Source: an uncultured bacterium (lineage in GTDB: Bacteria > Krumholzibacteriota > Krumholzibacteriia > Krumholzibacteriales > Krumholzibacteriaceae). From it: a stretch of DNA of 64,000 nt. Position 1 is the stretch's first letter. The number at the start of each line of letters is the position of its first letter. The notes beneath the pieces were generated by a model, which was not told the origin of the DNA, did not search any database, and saw only the letters and a list, made by a program, of their open reading frames with translations. Position numbers and translations under genes: made by a program. Below, in pieces: positions 61,193 through 64,000 of the stretch. The stretch covers positions 1-64,000 of the forward strand of contig CAWFAD010000016.1 of assembly GCA_963813815.1 (NCBI GenBank), written 5' to 3'.

Positions 61193-63733
61193 CTACTTCC
61201 CGGGCTCCTCGCTCTCGTCTTCCGCTTCCTCCGCCCCGTTCACCTCTTCCGTCTCGTCCGCTCCGAGATCCTCCTCGCCCTCCTCGCCGAGCGGGCCCTC
61301 TTCCTTCTCCCGCTCGCCCGCGACGGCGAGACCGACCACGGCGTCTCCCTCGGCGAGATTGATGAGCCTCACACCCTTCGCGGGTCTTCCGAGAATGGGG
61401 AAGTCTTTCGCCGGGCTCCGGATGATGATGCCGCCGCGGGTGATGACCATGATTTCGTCGGTGTCGAGAACCTCCTTGACGGCGACGAGCGGGCCGTTGC
61501 GCTCGTCGGTGTCGATCGCGATGACGCCGAGGCCGCCCCGCTTGATGTTCCGGAAGTCGTTGATGCGCGTGCGTTTGCCGTAGCCGTTCTCGGTGACGAC
61601 GAGGATCTCCGTGCCGCGCTTGACGACGACCATCTCGACGACTTCGTCCCCCTGCTTGTCGAGCCGCACGCCGGTGACCCCCTGCGTGGCCCGTCCCATG
61701 ACGCGGACGTCCCGCTCGCTGAAGCGGATCGCCTTGCCCCGCCGCTTCGCCAGGATGACGTCGTCGCCGCCGGCGGTGAGCCGGGCCGCGATGAGCTGGT
61801 CGCCGTCCCGGAGCAGCACGGCGATGATGCCGTCGCGGCGGGGGTTCGCGTACGCCGAGATGTGGGTCTTCTTGATGAACCCGTGCTTCGTCGCCATGAT
61901 GAGGTAGGCGTCCTGCGTGAAATCGCTCACCGGCACGAAGGCGGAGATCGTTTCCTCGCGCGACATTTCGAGGAGATTCACGATCGCCTTGCCGCGGGCG
62001 AGGCGTCCCGCCTGCGGGAGCTCGTGCACCTTGAGCCAGTAGCACTTGCCCTTGTCGGTGAAAAAGAGGATGTAGCTGTGCGTCGAGGCGATGAAGAGGT
62101 GCTCGACGAAGTCCTCGTCCTTCATGCCGAGCGCGGAGAGCCCTTTCCCGCCGCGGCGCTGGCGCCGGTAGGTGCCGGTGGGGATGCGCTTGATGTATCC
62201 CGTGTGGGTGATCGTGATGATCATGTCCTCTTCGGCGATGAGATCCTCGATCTGGAACTCCCCTTCTTGATCGACGATCTCGGTGCGGCGATCGTCGCCG
62301 AAGCGGGCCTTCAGATCCTCGAGCTCGTCCCGGATGATCCCGAGGAGCCGCGTGCGGCTCTCGAGGATCGAGCGGTAGTACTCGATCTTCTTGATGAGCT
62401 CGCCGTACTCGTCCTCGATCTTCTTGCGCTCGAGGCCGGTGAGGCGCTGGAGCCGCAGGTCGAGGATCGCCTGCGCCTGAACCTCGCTCAGCTTGAACTT
62501 CTTCATGAGACCCTTGCGGGCCTCATCGGGAGAGGCGCTCTTCTTGATGAGCTGGACGATCTCGTCGATATGGTCGAGGGCGATCCGGTATCCCTCGAGG
62601 ATGTGGGCCCTCTCCTCGGCGCGGGCGAGATCGAAACGAGTGCGCCTCGTGATGACTTCCTCGCGGTGGGCGAGGTAGCGCTCCATGAGCTCCTTGAGGT
62701 TCATCACGACGGGCTTCATGTCGACGAGCGCCAGCATGATGATCCCGTAGGTTTCCTGGAGCTGCGTGTGCGCGTAGAGCTGATTCAGGACGACCTTGGG
62801 GTAGGAGTCCTTCTTGAGATCGACGACGATCCGCATCCCTTCCTTGTCCGACTCGTCGCGGACGTCCGAGATGCCGGTGAGCTTTTCCTCGCGCACGAGC
62901 TCGGCGATCTTCGCGATGATGGCCGCCTTGTTCGTTTGGTAGGGGATCTCGCTCACGACGACGCTCGTCTTGCCATTTTGCTGCGTCTCGATCGTGGCGC
63001 GCGCGCGGATCGTTATCTTGCCCCTCCCCGTGCGGTACGCCTCGTTGATGCCCCCCCGGCCGTAGATGATCGCGCCGGTCGGGAAATCGGGCCCCTTCAC
63101 GATCCGGCAGATCTGGTCGATCGACACGTCCGGATCGTCGAGGATCGCCTCGAGCCCGCTCACGATCTCGCGGAGGTTGTGCGGAGGAATGTTCGTGGCC
63201 ATGCCGACGGCGATGCCGGCCGAGCCGTTCACGAGGAGGTTCGGAACCTTCGCGGGGAGCACGACGGCCTGCATGCGCGTCTCGTCGTAGTTCGGAACGA
63301 ACTCGACCGTCTCCTTTTCGAGGTCGAAGAGAAGCTCCTCGGCGAACTCCGTCATCCGGACTTCGGTGTACCGCTCGGCCGCGGGCGGGTCGCCGTCGAC
63401 GGATCCGAAGTTGCCCTGCCCGTCGACGAGCGGGTAGCGCATCGAGAAATCCTGGGCGAGACGGGCGACGGCGTCGTACACGGCCGAGGTTCCGTGGGGA
63501 TGGTAGTTGCCCGTAACGTCTCCGGTGAGCTTGGCCGATTTGCGGTAGGGCTTGTTGTGCGCGAGGCTGAGGTCGTTCATCGCGAGCAGGATGCGCCGGT
63601 GCACGGGCTTCAGGCCGTCCCGCACGTCGGGGAGCGCCCGCGACACGATGACGCTCATCGCGTAGTCGAGATAGCTTTCCTTCATCTCGTCTTCTATGTA
63701 GACGGGGAGAATCCGCTGGCGCGTGATGTCCAT
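61193..63733 (-). CDS. gyrA: DNA gyrase subunit A
   Basis: SYLDYAMSVIVSRALPDVRDGLKPVHRR, YHPHG, catalytic RYTE, GyrA-box QRRGGKG, acidic tail. Confidence 0.97.
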   Translation of the reverse strand: MDITRQRILPVYIEDEMKESYLDYAMSVIVSRALPDVRDGLKPVHRRILLAMNDLSLAHNKPYRKSAKLTGDVTGNYHPHGTSAVYDAVARLAQDFSMRYPLVDGQGNFGSVDGDPPAAERYTEVRMTEFAEELLFDLEKETVEFVPNYDETRMQAVVLPAKVPNLLVNGSAGIAVGMATNIPPHNLREIVSGLEAILDDPDVSIDQICRIVKGPDFPTGAIIYGRGGINEAYRTGRGKITIRARATIETQQNGKTSVVVSEIPYQTNKAAIIAKIAELVREEKLTGISDVRDESDKEGMRIVVDLKKDSYPKVVLNQLYAHTQLQETYGIIMLALVDMKPVVMNLKELMERYLAHREEVITRRTRFDLARAEERAHILEGYRIALDHIDEIVQLIKKSASPDEARKGLMKKFKLSEVQAQAILDLRLQRLTGLERKKIEDEYGELIKKIEYYRSILESRTRLLGIIRDELEDLKARFGDDRRTEIVDQEGEFQIEDLIAEEDMIITITHTGYIKRIPTGTYRRQRRGGKGLSALGMKDEDFVEHLFIASTHSYILFFTDKGKCYWLKVHELPQAGRLARGKAIVNLLEMSREETISAFVPVSDFTQDAYLIMATKHGFIKKTHISAYANPRRDGIIAVLLRDGDQLIAARLTAGGDDVILAKRRGKAIRFSERDVRVMGRATQGVTGVRLDKQGDEVVEMVVVKRGTEILVVTENGYGKRTRINDFRNIKRGGLGVIAIDTDERNGPLVAVKEVLDTDEIMVITRGGIIIRSPAKDFPILGRPAKGVRLINLAEGDAVVGLAVAGEREKEEGPLGEEGEEDLGADETEEVNGAEEAEDESEEPGK

Positions 63734-63750
63734 TCACTGCTCCTTGCGTA

Positions 63751-64000
63751 TCAAATATCCAGGTTCTTCACCGACAGGGCGTTCTCGACGATGAAGTTCT
63801 TGCGGGGCTCGACCGCGTCTCCCATGAGGATCGTGAAGATCTGGTCGGCCTCGATCGCGTCCTCGAGCGTGATTTTGCGCAGCGTGCGCCGCTCGGGGTC
63901 CATCGTCGTCATCCAGAGCTGATCGGGGTTCATTTCCCCGAGACCCTTGTAGCGCTGGAGATAGGCGCCCTGGCTGCCGCCGAGCTCCTTGAGGACCTTG
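63751..64000 (-). CDS. gyrB: DNA gyrase subunit B, C-terminal part (continues beyond the window)
   Basis: [21 protein letters not shown]...[13 protein letters not shown]. Confidence 0.95.
   Translation of the reverse strand, partial: KVLKELGGSQGAYLQRYKGLGEMNPDQLWMTTMDPERRTLRKITLEDAIEADQIFTILMGDAVEPRKNFIVENALSVKNLDI

Overview
High-GC chromosomal segment from a diderm anaerobic bacterium with an amino-acid/peptide-fermenting gene set; taxonomy cannot be fixed from sequence alone. Left to right it holds a Ktr/Trk K+ uptake locus, bacterioferritin, and a diheme cytochrome c peroxidase next to a Cyc2-like monoheme cytochrome-porin. Then come hydroxyproline dehydratase HypD with its activase and an 18-gene Mrp-coupled group 4 [NiFe]-hydrogenase operon headed by an AsrA/AsrB-like flavin/NAD(P)H module. 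A DUF1573 protein split by an in-frame UGA in a U-G-C motif (probable selenoprotein) lies beside a TlpA redoxin. Glutamate dehydrogenase is followed by two PPDK_N-only proteins, one fused to a nucleotidyltransferase. Further on are a nifS-iscU-nadA operon whose NifS lacks the PLP lysine, a split methionine synthase paired with a non-pyrrolysine MttB, an orphan type I-C-like CRISPR array (32 repeats, 31 spacers), and hflX-gyrA-gyrB. Four genes carry single +1 insertions, and the CRISPR spacers are almost free of homopolymer runs, so long-read or consensus errors are likely and raw reads should be checked. All family assignments come from motif recognition by eye, not database searches.
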